64,000 nt of DNA. Origin: an uncultured Thermoplasmata archaeon (GTDB lineage: Archaea > Thermoplasmatota > Thermoplasmata > RBG-16-68-12). The notes beneath the pieces were generated by a model. It saw only the letters and a list, made by a program, of their open reading frames with translations. It did no database searches and had not been told where the DNA came from. Location: contig CAVYJM010000011.1 of assembly GCA_963768855.1 (NCBI GenBank), forward strand, positions 256,001 to 320,000, in the 5' to 3' direction. The translations under genes and the position numbers were made by a program. This document shows, piece after piece, positions 38,210 to 48,194 of the stretch. The first letter of the stretch is position 1. Each line of letters begins with the position of its first letter.

Positions 38210-38305
38210 GAAGCTCGGACCTGCATGGTCTTCCGCTTCCTGAGAATCGCTCTCGAAAACCGGACTTGATAGCGGGCTCGCCACGGCTATACCCCCCGCG
38301 CCCCC

Positions 38306-38569
38306 GTGGGCGCCGCGATGGCGACGATCACGGCCACGGAGAGCGTGGCGGAGCTCGCGCTGCCTCCCGTCTCGCTCATCTCCGAGGTCCGGCTGTTCCT
38401 CTGGCTCGCGTCCGGGATGTTCAGCGTCTCGGCCCTCGCCCTTGCCTTCCTTGACTACTGGGTCGTCGCGTCCTCGAGTGCGGCGGAGACCCACTTCGTC
38501 GCGGCGGTCGTCTCGGCGGCGCTCTTCGGCGTGGCGACCCTCTTGAAGCTCGGGCCCGGCGAGGCCTGA
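38306..38569 (+). CDS. Small membrane protein (two TM)
   Basis: Hydrophobic 87-aa ORF, GTG start. Confidence 0.6.
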   Translation: MGAAMATITATESVAELALPPVSLISEVRLFLWLASGMFSVSALALAFLDYWVVASSSAAETHFVAAVVSAALFGVATLLKLGPGEA

Positions 38570-38630
38570 ACCGCTCCGCGTCGCGAACCCCGCCGAACGT
38601 TTATCTACGCAGGTCCCCATCGCCGCGCAT

Positions 38631-39146
38631 GTGGAGCGGGAGGTCTGGGTCCGAGCCGGGATGTTCGCGGCCATCATCGTCCTCGTGGCCCTCATCCTCG
38701 TCACGCCGAGCCTCATGGGCCATCCGTCTCCCCTCGCCCCGCCCCTCCTGATCGTCGGGGTCACGCCGGACCAGGCGAATCTCACGATTTACGTCGCGGC
38801 GTCCATCCAGGCCAACCTGTATGAAGACATTACGCTCAATGTGACGCGGCTCAACGCCGCGAACCAGAGCGTCGCCTGGACCAATGTCTCGGAGGCCTTC
38901 TCGTACGGCATCGAAATGAAGGTCCCGCTCAACCTCACCTACTGGCGGATCCATGTGTGGCTTCAGGACCAGCAGGGCAACTACTTCGAGTACAACGTGA
39001 GCCTGAGGACCTACTTGGACCGGAGCAACAGCTTCCAGCTGACCATGGCCTTCACCTCACCTGACGACAACTCGACGACGGTCGCGACCGCCGTTCCACC
39101 GGATGACTTCCGCGTCCCGATTCCACGTCGAGGGACCCTGTCATGA
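38631..39146 (+). CDS. Membrane-anchored exported protein (beta-rich, NxT/S sequons)
   Basis: N-terminal TM followed by an Ig-like beta pattern. Confidence 0.75.
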   Translation: MEREVWVRAGMFAAIIVLVALILVTPSLMGHPSPLAPPLLIVGVTPDQANLTIYVAASIQANLYEDITLNVTRLNAANQSVAWTNVSEAFSYGIEMKVPLNLTYWRIHVWLQDQQGNYFEYNVSLRTYLDRSNSFQLTMAFTSPDDNSTTVATAVPPDDFRVPIPRRGTLS

Positions 39147-39481
39147 AGCTCTCCCGCTGGACGCTCCTGTGGCTTCTGATCATCGGCGTCCTCGTGGCCA
39201 TCTGGCTCAGCGTCTTCACCGGCTACCTGACGCCTGGCGACATCGTCGGTTCCTTCCTCGGTCTGGTCTTCGCCATGGTCGTCATCTCGGTCCTGGCAAT
39301 CATCGGGGCCGTGTTCCTGGGGATGGTCATCAGCCACCGGATCATGTCGGGCCAAGGCTTCACCCCGTTCGAGGAGGAGATGTTGAAGATGCGCCAGGAG
39401 GTCCGCGAGCTCCACGACCGGATCGACGCGATCGCCGCGAAGCTGGGAGCGGGGCCGGACCCCAAGGACCGCACGCGCTAG
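39143..39481 (+). CDS. Membrane protein with C-terminal coiled coil
   Basis: Two TM helices, then EEMLKMRQEVRELHDRIDAI; 4-bp overlap with the upstream gene. Confidence 0.8.
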   Translation: MKLSRWTLLWLLIIGVLVAIWLSVFTGYLTPGDIVGSFLGLVFAMVVISVLAIIGAVFLGMVISHRIMSGQGFTPFEEEMLKMRQEVRELHDRIDAIAAKLGAGPDPKDRTR

Positions 39482-40479
39482 GCGAGCCGCTCGGGGCACA
39501 CGGAGCGCCTCGAGCAATGCACGCACTTCCCGGGACGGCTATGGTTCCGGTGCGCCTCACCCTGAGCCACGCAGCGCCGCATCTCCCCCACCTTGGTCAG
39601 GACGAGCCGCTTCAGGTCCTCGTTGTACTCGATGTCGTGGCTCGCGTCCTCGTACCGGATGACCCCGTGGGGCGGTGCCTTCCCGTACTCCTCCTCGATG
39701 AGGAGGCAGTACGCCGCAATCTGCAGGATGTGGGAGAACAGGGGTCCTCGCGGGGTGCGTCCGGTCTTCACCTCGACGGGGATGTGCTGGTCCCCCTCGA
39801 GGAGGACGGCGTCCGGACGGCCCGAGAGACCGTACCGTTTTGCGACGAACAGCTTCGGCTTCTCCCGCTCGGAGTCGATGTAGACGAGGTCGCCCTCCGT
39901 CATCGCATACTTCTCGCGGGTCTCGGTCGCCTTCGCGGCGGAGCGCATCGAGCGGTAGAGGAAGACGCTGGCCCCGATGAGCCAGGCGAGCGCGAGGGCC
40001 ATGAACGCCTCGGCGAGGAGGGAGTTCACGAAGCCGGGGATGGAGACTGCGGCGACCGCGAACACCGCGGCGCCCATCGCGAACACGAGGATGACCCGTT
40101 CGGAGAGGAACCGTTCCTGCTCCGAGGAGCGGTGCTCCGCCCGGTACAAGAAGTAGACGGCGGACAAGAGCCAAATCAGAGACACGGCCGAGAGGAGGCG
40201 CGCGATCTCGATCGCGAAGTCGACCAGGAACGTCACGCCGACGATCGCGATGATCGTGGCGGCGATCGCGAAGTACATGACGCCGGCCTCGGACTCGAGC
40301 GCCGTGGTCTCATGGACCCCGATCCCTTTCAGATCCTCCGAGACGGCCGAGTGCCGCCTCTCCCCCTCCACGATCTCCGGCCCCTCCTCCGGGGCCATCC
40401 CGCGGCTCAGCCACCAGCTCAGGGGACAGTACCCGAACTTCTCCAGATCGGCGGCGGAGATGAGCTCGGAGGCGGCCAC
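39478..40479 (-). CDS. cas4: Solo Cas4-like PD-(D/E)xK nuclease with inserted transmembrane helices
   Basis: N-terminal YCP Cys, GRPDAV, EVKTG, QIAAY, C-terminal CxxC...C. About four TM helices between the first Cys and the core. No CRISPR array in the window. Confidence 0.85.
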   Translation of the reverse strand: MAASELISAADLEKFGYCPLSWWLSRGMAPEEGPEIVEGERRHSAVSEDLKGIGVHETTALESEAGVMYFAIAATIIAIVGVTFLVDFAIEIARLLSAVSLIWLLSAVYFLYRAEHRSSEQERFLSERVILVFAMGAAVFAVAAVSIPGFVNSLLAEAFMALALAWLIGASVFLYRSMRSAAKATETREKYAMTEGDLVYIDSEREKPKLFVAKRYGLSGRPDAVLLEGDQHIPVEVKTGRTPRGPLFSHILQIAAYCLLIEEEYGKAPPHGVIRYEDASHDIEYNEDLKRLVLTKVGEMRRCVAQGEAHRNHSRPGKCVHCSRRSVCPERLA

Positions 40480-42395
40480 GTCGAATCATCCCAGCCCGGG
40501 GCTTTAGACCTTTGTCCGTCCGTCTCATTTTCCGCAGCGAGAGGGCTGACGCCACCGCGACGAACGCGTAGATCGCCGCGACGACCGCGGGGTCGTCGAT
40601 CGTACGGTCCTCCCCAAGGCCGGGCCGGCGGCCCTCCCAGTCCATGAGGAACGCGTCCTCGAACCGGGCGGCGACCTCGGGGTCCTCGAGCAGGAGCCCG
40701 ATTTCGCGGTTCTCCGTGGCGGAGCCGTGCGCCCAGTTCAGGCTCGACACGAGCGCTGCGCGACCGTCGACAACGATCCCCTTGTTGTGGACCCGTTCGA
40801 TCGAGCCGCCCGGGGTCAGGACCCGTGCCTCCAGGTCCACACCCTCCCGCATCGCCCGGTCGTTCAGGCGCGACGCGAGCTCCGCGTTCCCGGTGACCTC
40901 CGCCTCGGACGACCAGTTGCTGCCATCGAGGAGGATGCGGACCCTCACGCCGCGGTTCGCTGCGGCGAAGACCGTCTCGAGCAGGACGTTCGGTCGGTCG
41001 CCCCAGGGATCGTCCGCGTAGAAGGCTTCGACCCAGACATGGTCCCGGGCGGATGCGATGGCCTGCAGCCAGCCGTCGGTCGAGAGGGCGTCGTCCGGTC
41101 CCACGACCAGGCGGAGGGTGCGTGCGCCCGAGAGGACCGCGGGCCGCCAAGGGAGGATCGGCCCCGAGGCGGGAGTCTTTCCCGCGCTCCACCCCCGTCG
41201 CAGGGACGGAGTCGGCCCGGCTCGGGTCGAAGTCCTCCTCGAAGACCTCCCAGAGCTGCCCCGCGAGCGCGCGGTCCTCGACGATGACGGACCAGCCGCG
41301 GTTGCCCGGTTCGCCGGAGGCCGGGAACCCGGAATCCCCGAAGTTCTCCGAGCTCACGACGATCGCCTCGCCGTCCACGATGGCATACTTCGCGTGCAGG
41401 TACCGGTAGCGCTTGACCGCGTCCGCCACGGAGCTGAGGCACCGCACCTGGGCTCCGGCCGCCAGGAGATCCGACACGACGTGTCGCTCGTCCTCGTCGA
41501 TGCCTCCGACGGGTGCGCCTTCGAGGAGCACTCGGACCCGCACCCCGCTACGGGCGCGGTCCACGAGGACCGCGTCAATCGCCTCGCTCGTGAGCGTGTA
41601 CACGGCGACCTCGAGCGTCCGGTCCGCCGAGGCGAGGAACGAGAGCAGCGGGCCGCGCCCATCCTCGGGCGACAGGACGACCGCGGGGACCGCCGCGATC
41701 TCCAGGGCTGGCGGGTCGAAGGCCGACTGTCCGAGCCGGTACGCCCGGACGCCGTCCCAGTCCCCCGCCGCGTCATGATCGAGCTCCCCGTCCTCTGAGG
41801 CGGTCCGCGCGGCTACCTCGCCCTTCCCGGGCGCCGCCGCAGGCGGACCGCTCCACCCCGAGCCCGCGTACGCGGAGGCGCCGTAGACATAGGCGTCCAC
41901 GGTGGCCCCGGCCGCGTCGGCGAGGAGGACCTCGTCGCCCCCGTCCGCGAGGCGAAGGACCTCGCCCCCCATGCGCGGGGCGTCGCCCTGGTCGTACGTG
42001 AAGTCGGCGGGCCGCCGGACATCTTCCGCGTAGCTCGTCGCGTTCCGCGTCGCGACGATCCGGGTCGAGGGCGCGAGGACGGTTCCCGGGGGGAAGGTGG
42101 CGGCCGCCTCCCGGTCGGTGAGGGACCAGCCGGAGAGGTCGACCGCGGCGGGGCCAAAGTTCGCCAGCTCGACGAACTCGTCGTCGCGGGCGGCGTTCGG
42201 GTAGATGTGGGTCAGGAGCACTCCGGGCCCCAGCTCAGAGGGAAAAAGGGGGGCCGCGGGCGGTGGGGGAGGAGAGCCGGCATCCGCGCCGCGACCCGGG
42301 AGGGGGAGGCCGGACGCGAGGAGGATCGCGACGAAGAGGAGGGCCGCCGCGGACCGCGCGTCCGTCACGATGGCGGGACGCGTGGCGCGCGGCAT
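40310..42395 (-). pseudogene. Lamin-tail-domain plus two-HKD phospholipase D family exported protein, split by a single frameshift near 41178
   Basis: HAKYAIVD lies in ORF 40419..42485 and HNKGIVVD in ORF 40310..41104. Removing one A from GGGAAAG joins them in frame. Confidence 0.8.
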
Positions 42396-42533
42396 AAGGC
42401 GTGGGCGTACACGCACGCTACGTTCCTCCCTGGGAATCGGGGCGTTCCTCCCTGAAAAAAAATCAGGTGGGATAACCGTGACCACTTGGTCTTTTATCCC
42501 GGCGAGGAACGGAATGACCCGAGGCGCGTGGGA

Positions 42534-45500
42534 GTGAACTCGCGAGCATCAGCCGTCGCACTCGTGATCCTGGGGCTCCTGCTCCTGGCCCCGCTCCTCG
42601 CCCCGTGGGCCGCGCAATCCCCGGCCCTCCATCCTCGAGCCGGGGTGGCGTCCGGGATTGGACCGTCCGCACTCCCTTCGCCGGGCCCGCAGCCCCTCGC
42701 GGCGACCGTGTCCCTCGCGTTGACCACGTCCACGCGGGCCGCAGATCCGAAGGACCCAGCCCGGTTCACGGTCTACTTCAATAACACGGGCGACCAGGCC
42801 GCCCCGAGCGTCTGGATCAATTTCACGGCGCCCGGCGGCCTCCTCTTCCAGGGAGACACCGCCGCGGGGAACGCCTCGGGCTATCCCCGCTACCGCTTCG
42901 ACAACCTCGGGCTGGGCCTCCACGAGTTCCAGATCAGCTTCATCATCGCGATCGGGACAGCGCCGGGAAGCCTCCTGACCCTGTCCGCGACGATGGTGTA
43001 CTCCGACGGGACGGGCGCCCAGCGGTTCGTCGGACCCGCCACCGCATCGGTCCTCGTTGGGGTCGTGACGAAGCAGCTGTACCTCGGCTGGTCCGCATCC
43101 ACCCCGGGCGTGCTGAGCCCGGTGCCTCCCACGGGAGGGCTCCTCTCGCAGGGGACCTTCACCCTGACGAAGGGCGGACCCGCGGTGAACTTCGACCTCG
43201 TCCCGGCCCTCGCCCGGCCGTTCCGCGCGCTCAACGTGACCGCGGTCCTCTACGTCCAGCCGGTCTCCACGCCCACGAACCTGGACATGAACCTCACCCT
43301 GATCGACGTGAACGGGGCCGCCACGAACGCCGTGAAGAGCGTCGAGCAGGTCAACGCTGTCACGGGCTCGGGCTACTGGACTCTCTTCTACACGTTCCCC
43401 TCCATGAACTACCTCTTCTCCGCGGGCCACCAGATCCGCCTCCAGGTGCTGAACACCGCGGCCAGCGGGCAGAGCGCGCTCCTCGCGACGAACGCGACGG
43501 CGGAGCCCTCCCGGATCAGCGTGCAGACGACGACCTACGTGACGGTCGACTCCCTCGCCCCACCTGTGAGCCCGCCGACGTACCTCTCCCCGAAGTCCTC
43601 CCTCGTGGTCACCGCGAACGTCTCCGACCCCTTCGGCAGCCGCGAGATCGTCGACGCGCGCCTGAACCTGACCGGACCGTCCGGCGCGATCGTCACGTGG
43701 CTCTCCCTCCTCCCCGCCGCGGCCGTGGACCCCTCGAGCCCGTCCGCCTGGAAGCTGTTCCGGTACACTCGGGCCCCGTCCCTCGCGAACGGCACGTACT
43801 CGATCGAGCTCACAGCGATCGAGCGGAACGGCGTGGTCGACGTCGCGGCCGGTTCCGCGACCGTGCGCGCCCCCGCCTTCGCCTTCCAGAAGGTCTCCAG
43901 CGTCACGCAGGCGAAGTCCGGAGTCAAGTTCACGTACTCGCTCTGGTACAACAACACGGGCACGGGGCCCGCGGGCACCGTCTGGGTGAACGACACGCTG
44001 CCCAGCCAGGTGAACTTCCTGTCGACTGTGCCGACCTTCACCTCGTCGAGCGGGAGCACGTACCGCTGGGTCCTTCCGTCCGTGGCGATCGGGGCCCACG
44101 TGATCCAGATGAATGTCCAGGTCAAGGGTGGCGTCTCGGGGGTGGGCTACATCCGCAACTGGGCCAGCCTCAACTTCTCGGACGAACACGGCTTCCTGTG
44201 GCCCGCGCAGATCAGCCACGCGGACGTCGTGCTCAACGGCCCCTTCCTCACGCTCGGCGTGACGAGCGCGCCGGCGGGCTTCGTGCACTCGAACCAGCCG
44301 GTCGTGTATACGATCAACCTGACGAACTCGGGGGACGCGGCGAACACGATCTGGCTCAACGTCACCCTCCCCTCCGGGCTCGCCTACGTTGGGGACACTT
44401 CCGCTTCGCTCGGTGGCACGCGGACCGTGGTCGGGAACACCATCCGCTTCATCTTCTCGAACATGCCGTCCGGGAGCGGCACTCCCGTGACGTGGGCCTT
44501 CACGATGACCGCTAGGGCGGCCGCGGGTCTCCCCTGGGGCACGATGCTGACGAGCCACCTGGCGCTGAACGACACGAGCGCGACGAACTTGCTCATGCCG
44601 GAGCAGAGCTTGGACTTCCCGCTGACCGTCGCGTCGCCGTCGATCTCCGCCGGTACGGTGTCCTTCGGCGTGCCGGCGGCGGCCCCGCTCATCCCTCTCT
44701 CCGTCTACGTGAACTTCACGAACTCGGGCAACGAGCCCGCGAGTCCGGTCTGGATCAACCTGACCCTGGACCCGTTCCTCCGCTTCTCCAGCTCCCCCTT
44801 GCCCTCCTCGGCCACGAACCGGACCGTCCATCTCACGATGTCGAACGCGGCCACGGGTGCAGACAGCGCGTTGCTGTACGTGGTCGCCCTCGTCAACGTC
44901 ACGGACCGGCAGGTGCTCTCTGTGGGCGGCGGGCTGGCCGGCTCGGACGGGTTCGGCAACCCCGTCGCTCCCGTCTCCCTGACGAGCGGATCCGTGGCCG
45001 TGGCTCTGCCGCGACTCAATTTCACCCTCTCGCCCGGAGCGACGACCGCGGAGGCGGGGAGCGTCATCCGGTTCACGATCACGGGAGGCAACACGGGAAG
45101 CGGCGCCGCCTCGGCGGTCTGGCTGAACCTCACCCTCCCGTCGACCCTCGACTACCTATCCGACTCCCTCGGCGCGGGGCCCGTGGTCCTGGGCTCGAGC
45201 TACTCGTGGCACTGGACTACCTACGCGCCCGGCGTGCACACGTACTTCCTAAACCTCACCGCGGGGGGCTCGGCGCTGGACCGCACGAGCGCCGATCTCA
45301 CGTTCTCCGTTCAGGCGTTCGACCTCAGCAGGCGGCCGCAACCCGTCGCCACGTTCGGGGGCCGGGTGGGCTTCCTGTCGCCGATGTGGCTCCTGTCCAT
45401 CACGCCGAATCGCAACACCACCCTTCCGGGCGGGACGTGCAACTACACGGTGCGCGTCGAGAACGTCGGCTCGACCGCCGCCCACTTCCTCTGGTTGACC

Positions 45501-46268
45501 CTCAATCTCGACGCAAACCTCGTCTTGATCACGCACACCGCGCCCGTCCCGGCCGCGGGCACCACGACGTTGAACTGGACGTTCCAGGACGTGCAACCGG
45601 GACAGGTCATCGCGTTCAACGTGCTCGTCAAGGTGGCGGAAGGGACGTCCGCGAACACGCCGATCGCCGAGTTCATCGGCGCGCGCTACACGAACAGCGT
45701 GGGCACGGTCCTCGGCTACATGCGCTCCTCCTCGGTCCAGATCCAGGTCGGGGCGGACCTCCTGCCCCTTCTCTTCATCTTGGTCGGCGGATCCCTAGGC
45801 GGCGCGGCGGTCGTGGTCGTCGTGTACCGCCGCTACCGCGTGCGCATCGAGGACGTCTTCCTGATTTCCCGCAACGGGATTCTGCTCTCCCACCTTACGC
45901 CCACCCCTCCCGCGGGCAAGGACGAGGACGTGCTCAGCGGCATGCTGACCGCCGTCCAGGACTTCGTCCAGGACGCGTTCACGTACGGGGAGCACCGCGA
46001 GCTCCACCAGCTCGAGTTCGGCGACTACCATGTGCTGATCGAGCGCGGGAAGTCCGTCTACCTCGCAGTCGTCTACCAGGGGCGCGACTCGGGCCTCATC
46101 CGCAAGCGGGTCCGGGCCGTCCTGGACCGGATCGAATCCTCCTACGGGGATGTCTTCACCCGGTGGGAGGGCGACATGCAGCAGGTCGAGGGGACCCGGG
46201 AGATGCTCCGGAAGGGCTTCGTCGAGGTCGACCACCCGTGGTCCCTCTTGAAGCCTAAGGCGCCGTGA
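42534..46268 (+). CDS. Large surface protein with DUF11/Ig-like repeats, one TM helix and a cytoplasmic longin-like tail
   Basis: Signal peptide; repeated (Y/F)T..N.G...A..VW.NxTLP; TM near 45760-45825; tail IEDVFLISRNG...DEDVLSGMLTAVQDFV. GTG start 42534 preferred. Confidence 0.85.
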   Translation: MNSRASAVALVILGLLLLAPLLAPWAAQSPALHPRAGVASGIGPSALPSPGPQPLAATVSLALTTSTRAADPKDPARFTVYFNNTGDQAAPSVWINFTAPGGLLFQGDTAAGNASGYPRYRFDNLGLGLHEFQISFIIAIGTAPGSLLTLSATMVYSDGTGAQRFVGPATASVLVGVVTKQLYLGWSASTPGVLSPVPPTGGLLSQGTFTLTKGGPAVNFDLVPALARPFRALNVTAVLYVQPVSTPTNLDMNLTLIDVNGAATNAVKSVEQVNAVTGSGYWTLFYTFPSMNYLFSAGHQIRLQVLNTAASGQSALLATNATAEPSRISVQTTTYVTVDSLAPPVSPPTYLSPKSSLVVTANVSDPFGSREIVDARLNLTGPSGAIVTWLSLLPAAAVDPSSPSAWKLFRYTRAPSLANGTYSIELTAIERNGVVDVAAGSATVRAPAFAFQKVSSVTQAKSGVKFTYSLWYNNTGTGPAGTVWVNDTLPSQVNFLSTVPTFTSSSGSTYRWVLPSVAIGAHVIQMNVQVKGGVSGVGYIRNWASLNFSDEHGFLWPAQISHADVVLNGPFLTLGVTSAPAGFVHSNQPVVYTINLTNSGDAANTIWLNVTLPSGLAYVGDTSASLGGTRTVVGNTIRFIFSNMPSGSGTPVTWAFTMTARAAAGLPWGTMLTSHLALNDTSATNLLMPEQSLDFPLTVASPSISAGTVSFGVPAAAPLIPLSVYVNFTNSGNEPASPVWINLTLDPFLRFSSSPLPSSATNRTVHLTMSNAATGADSALLYVVALVNVTDRQVLSVGGGLAGSDGFGNPVAPVSLTSGSVAVALPRLNFTLSPGATTAEAGSVIRFTITGGNTGSGAASAVWLNLTLPSTLDYLSDSLGAGPVVLGSSYSWHWTTYAPGVHTYFLNLTAGGSALDRTSADLTFSVQAFDLSRRPQPVATFGGRVGFLSPMWLLSITPNRNTTLPGGTCNYTVRVENVGSTAAHFLWLTLNLDANLVLITHTAPVPAAGTTTLNWTFQDVQPGQVIAFNVLVKVAEGTSANTPIAEFIGARYTNSVGTVLGYMRSSSVQIQVGADLLPLLFILVGGSLGGAAVVVVVYRRYRVRIEDVFLISRNGILLSHLTPTPPAGKDEDVLSGMLTAVQDFVQDAFTYGEHRELHQLEFGDYHVLIERGKSVYLAVVYQGRDSGLIRKRVRAVLDRIESSYGDVFTRWEGDMQQVEGTREMLRKGFVEVDHPWSLLKPKAP

Positions 46269-46349
46269 TGCGGTCGTGCCCTTCCGTGCGCGCAGGGTCG
46301 TATTGTATGTGGGCATGGCTTATCGGCTGCGGGGTCGCTCCGTCCTGCC

Positions 46350-47105
46350 GTGTCGATCCTTCGTCCGGAGGAGATCCCGGCGATCGTGTGCAAGGATCTC
46401 TCCAAGCGGTTCGGGGAGATCGAGGCACTCCAGGGCCTGACGCTCCTCGTGCCCCGGGGCACGATCTTCGGGCTGCTCGGCCCCAATGGTGCGGGCAAGA
46501 CGACCACGATCCGCCTCTGGCTCGGCCTCACGGAGCCGAGTGGCGGGACGGCCTTCGTGCTCGGCCGCCGGATTCCGCCCCGGGAGGTCCTCCCGCAGAT
46601 CGGCTACATGCCGCAGGATGTCGCCGTCTACGGCGACCTGACCGTGGACGAGAACCTGGCCCTCTTCGGCCGGCTCGTCGGGATGACCGCGGAATCGATC
46701 GAGGATCGCACGGAGGAGGTCCTCGAGCTCGTGGACATCGCGATGCGGCGCCACCACCTCGTGTCCACGCTTTCCGGCGGCATGCGTCGGCGCACCTCCC
46801 TCGCCGTGGCGCTGCTCCATGATCCCGACCTTCTCCTCCTCGACGAGCCCACGGTCGGGGTGGACCCCGAGCTGCGCGCCGCCTTCTGGACGTACTTCCG
46901 CGACCTCACCCGGCGCGGCAAGACGGTCGTGATCACGACCCACTACATGGAAGAGGCCGCGCGCTGCGACCGCGTGGCCCTCCTGCATCAAGGGCGCCTC
47001 CTCGCGGAGGGCCCGCCATCCGCCATCAAGCAGCGGACCCGCACGGGGAATCTGGACGAGGCCTTCCTCGCCCTGGTCCGCGGAGAGCGGGAGCCGCGGG
47101 GATGA
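46350..47105 (+). CDS. ABC-2 type exporter ATP-binding protein
   Basis: GPNGAGKTT, LSGGMRRR, LDEPTVGVDP, TTHYMEEA. Confidence 0.93.
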   Translation: MSILRPEEIPAIVCKDLSKRFGEIEALQGLTLLVPRGTIFGLLGPNGAGKTTTIRLWLGLTEPSGGTAFVLGRRIPPREVLPQIGYMPQDVAVYGDLTVDENLALFGRLVGMTAESIEDRTEEVLELVDIAMRRHHLVSTLSGGMRRRTSLAVALLHDPDLLLLDEPTVGVDPELRAAFWTYFRDLTRRGKTVVITTHYMEEAARCDRVALLHQGRLLAEGPPSAIKQRTRTGNLDEAFLALVRGEREPRG

Positions 47106-48190
47106 ACGCGCGCCGTGTCCTTGCGGTCGCCCAGAAGTCCCTTTCCCAGTTCCGCCACGACAAGCGCACCCTGGTTTTCGTCGTGGGGATGCCGCTCCTC
47201 ATGGTCCTTGCTTTCGGCTACACGTTCGGGGGCCAGGTGCACGATGTCCGGACCCTCGTCGTGAACCAGGACGCGGGCCCGATGGGAGCCCGCCTCGTCC
47301 AGAACCTCACCGGGGACACCCTCTCCCTCGCCTCGTACGCGGACGTCGCGTCGGCGCGGGCGGAAGTCGAGGCGGGCCGAGCGTGGGCCGTCCTCTGGTT
47401 CCCAGCGAACTTCACCCAGGACCTCCTCGGCCGTCGTGCGGTCCTCCGCCTCCTCCTTGACGGCTCCTCGCCGCCGATTGCGGGCGCGGTCCTGTCGAGT
47501 GTCCGCGCGGCCGCGCAGACGGCCTTCGCGGGCACCCGCGGGGCGGCGGTCCTCACGATCGACTCGGCCTACGTCTACGGATCCCCGGACACGCGGTTCA
47601 TCGACTCGTTCGCCCCCGGCGTGATCGCCCTGGCCGTCCTCATGGTCACGACGATCTTCTCCGTCATCGTCATCGTGCGCGAGAAGACGGGAGGGATGCT
47701 CGAGCGCCTGTTCTCGACGCCGCTCGCTTCCCTCGAGCTCGTGCTCGGGCACGCCGCCGCCCTCTCCCTGATCGCGGTGGCCCAGAGCGCCGTCATCCTG
47801 GTTGCGACCATCCTCCTCTTCCAGATTCAGATCGTGGGGAACGTGGCCTTGGTGTTCGCCGTCCTCCTCCTGTTCGCGGTGGGCAACCAGGGGCTCGGGA
47901 TGGTCGCGTCTGCCGCGGCTCGAAACGAGCTGCAGGCCGTCCAGTTCATCCCGCTGGTCCTCTTCCCCTCGCTCCTCCTCGGGGGCGTGTTCTATCCCCT
48001 GGAAGCGATACCCGGAGGTCTGCGGCCCCTGGCCTACCTGATTCCGGTGACCTACGCGAATGATGCGATGCGGAGCGTGATGCTGCGGGGCTGGGGGATT
48101 GGCGACGTCGCGATTGACATCGTCGTGCTCGCGGCCTACGCGATCGTCGCGTTGCTTGCCGCGGCGGTCTTCATCCGCCGCCAGGCCTGA
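47102..48190 (+). CDS. ABC-2 type exporter permease
   Basis: N-terminal TM, extracellular loop, REKTGGMLERL..TP, GVFYP, PVTYA. Confidence 0.92.
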   Translation: MNARRVLAVAQKSLSQFRHDKRTLVFVVGMPLLMVLAFGYTFGGQVHDVRTLVVNQDAGPMGARLVQNLTGDTLSLASYADVASARAEVEAGRAWAVLWFPANFTQDLLGRRAVLRLLLDGSSPPIAGAVLSSVRAAAQTAFAGTRGAAVLTIDSAYVYGSPDTRFIDSFAPGVIALAVLMVTTIFSVIVIVREKTGGMLERLFSTPLASLELVLGHAAALSLIAVAQSAVILVATILLFQIQIVGNVALVFAVLLLFAVGNQGLGMVASAAARNELQAVQFIPLVLFPSLLLGGVFYPLEAIPGGLRPLAYLIPVTYANDAMRSVMLRGWGIGDVAIDIVVLAAYAIVALLAAAVFIRRQA

Positions 48191-48194
48191 AGTC

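Noticed and set aside
38208-38553. 11-bp repeat TTGAAGCTCGG at 38208 and 38543
   Set aside because: Short, one copy is inside a CDS, and it bounds no recognisable element; compatible with chance.
39478-40479. CRISPR-Cas locus
   Set aside because: No repeat-spacer array and no cas1, cas2 or effector genes seen in the window.
41174-41184. Programmed -1 ribosomal frameshift at GGGAAAG
   Set aside because: Joining the two PLD halves needs a +1 shift, the opposite direction.
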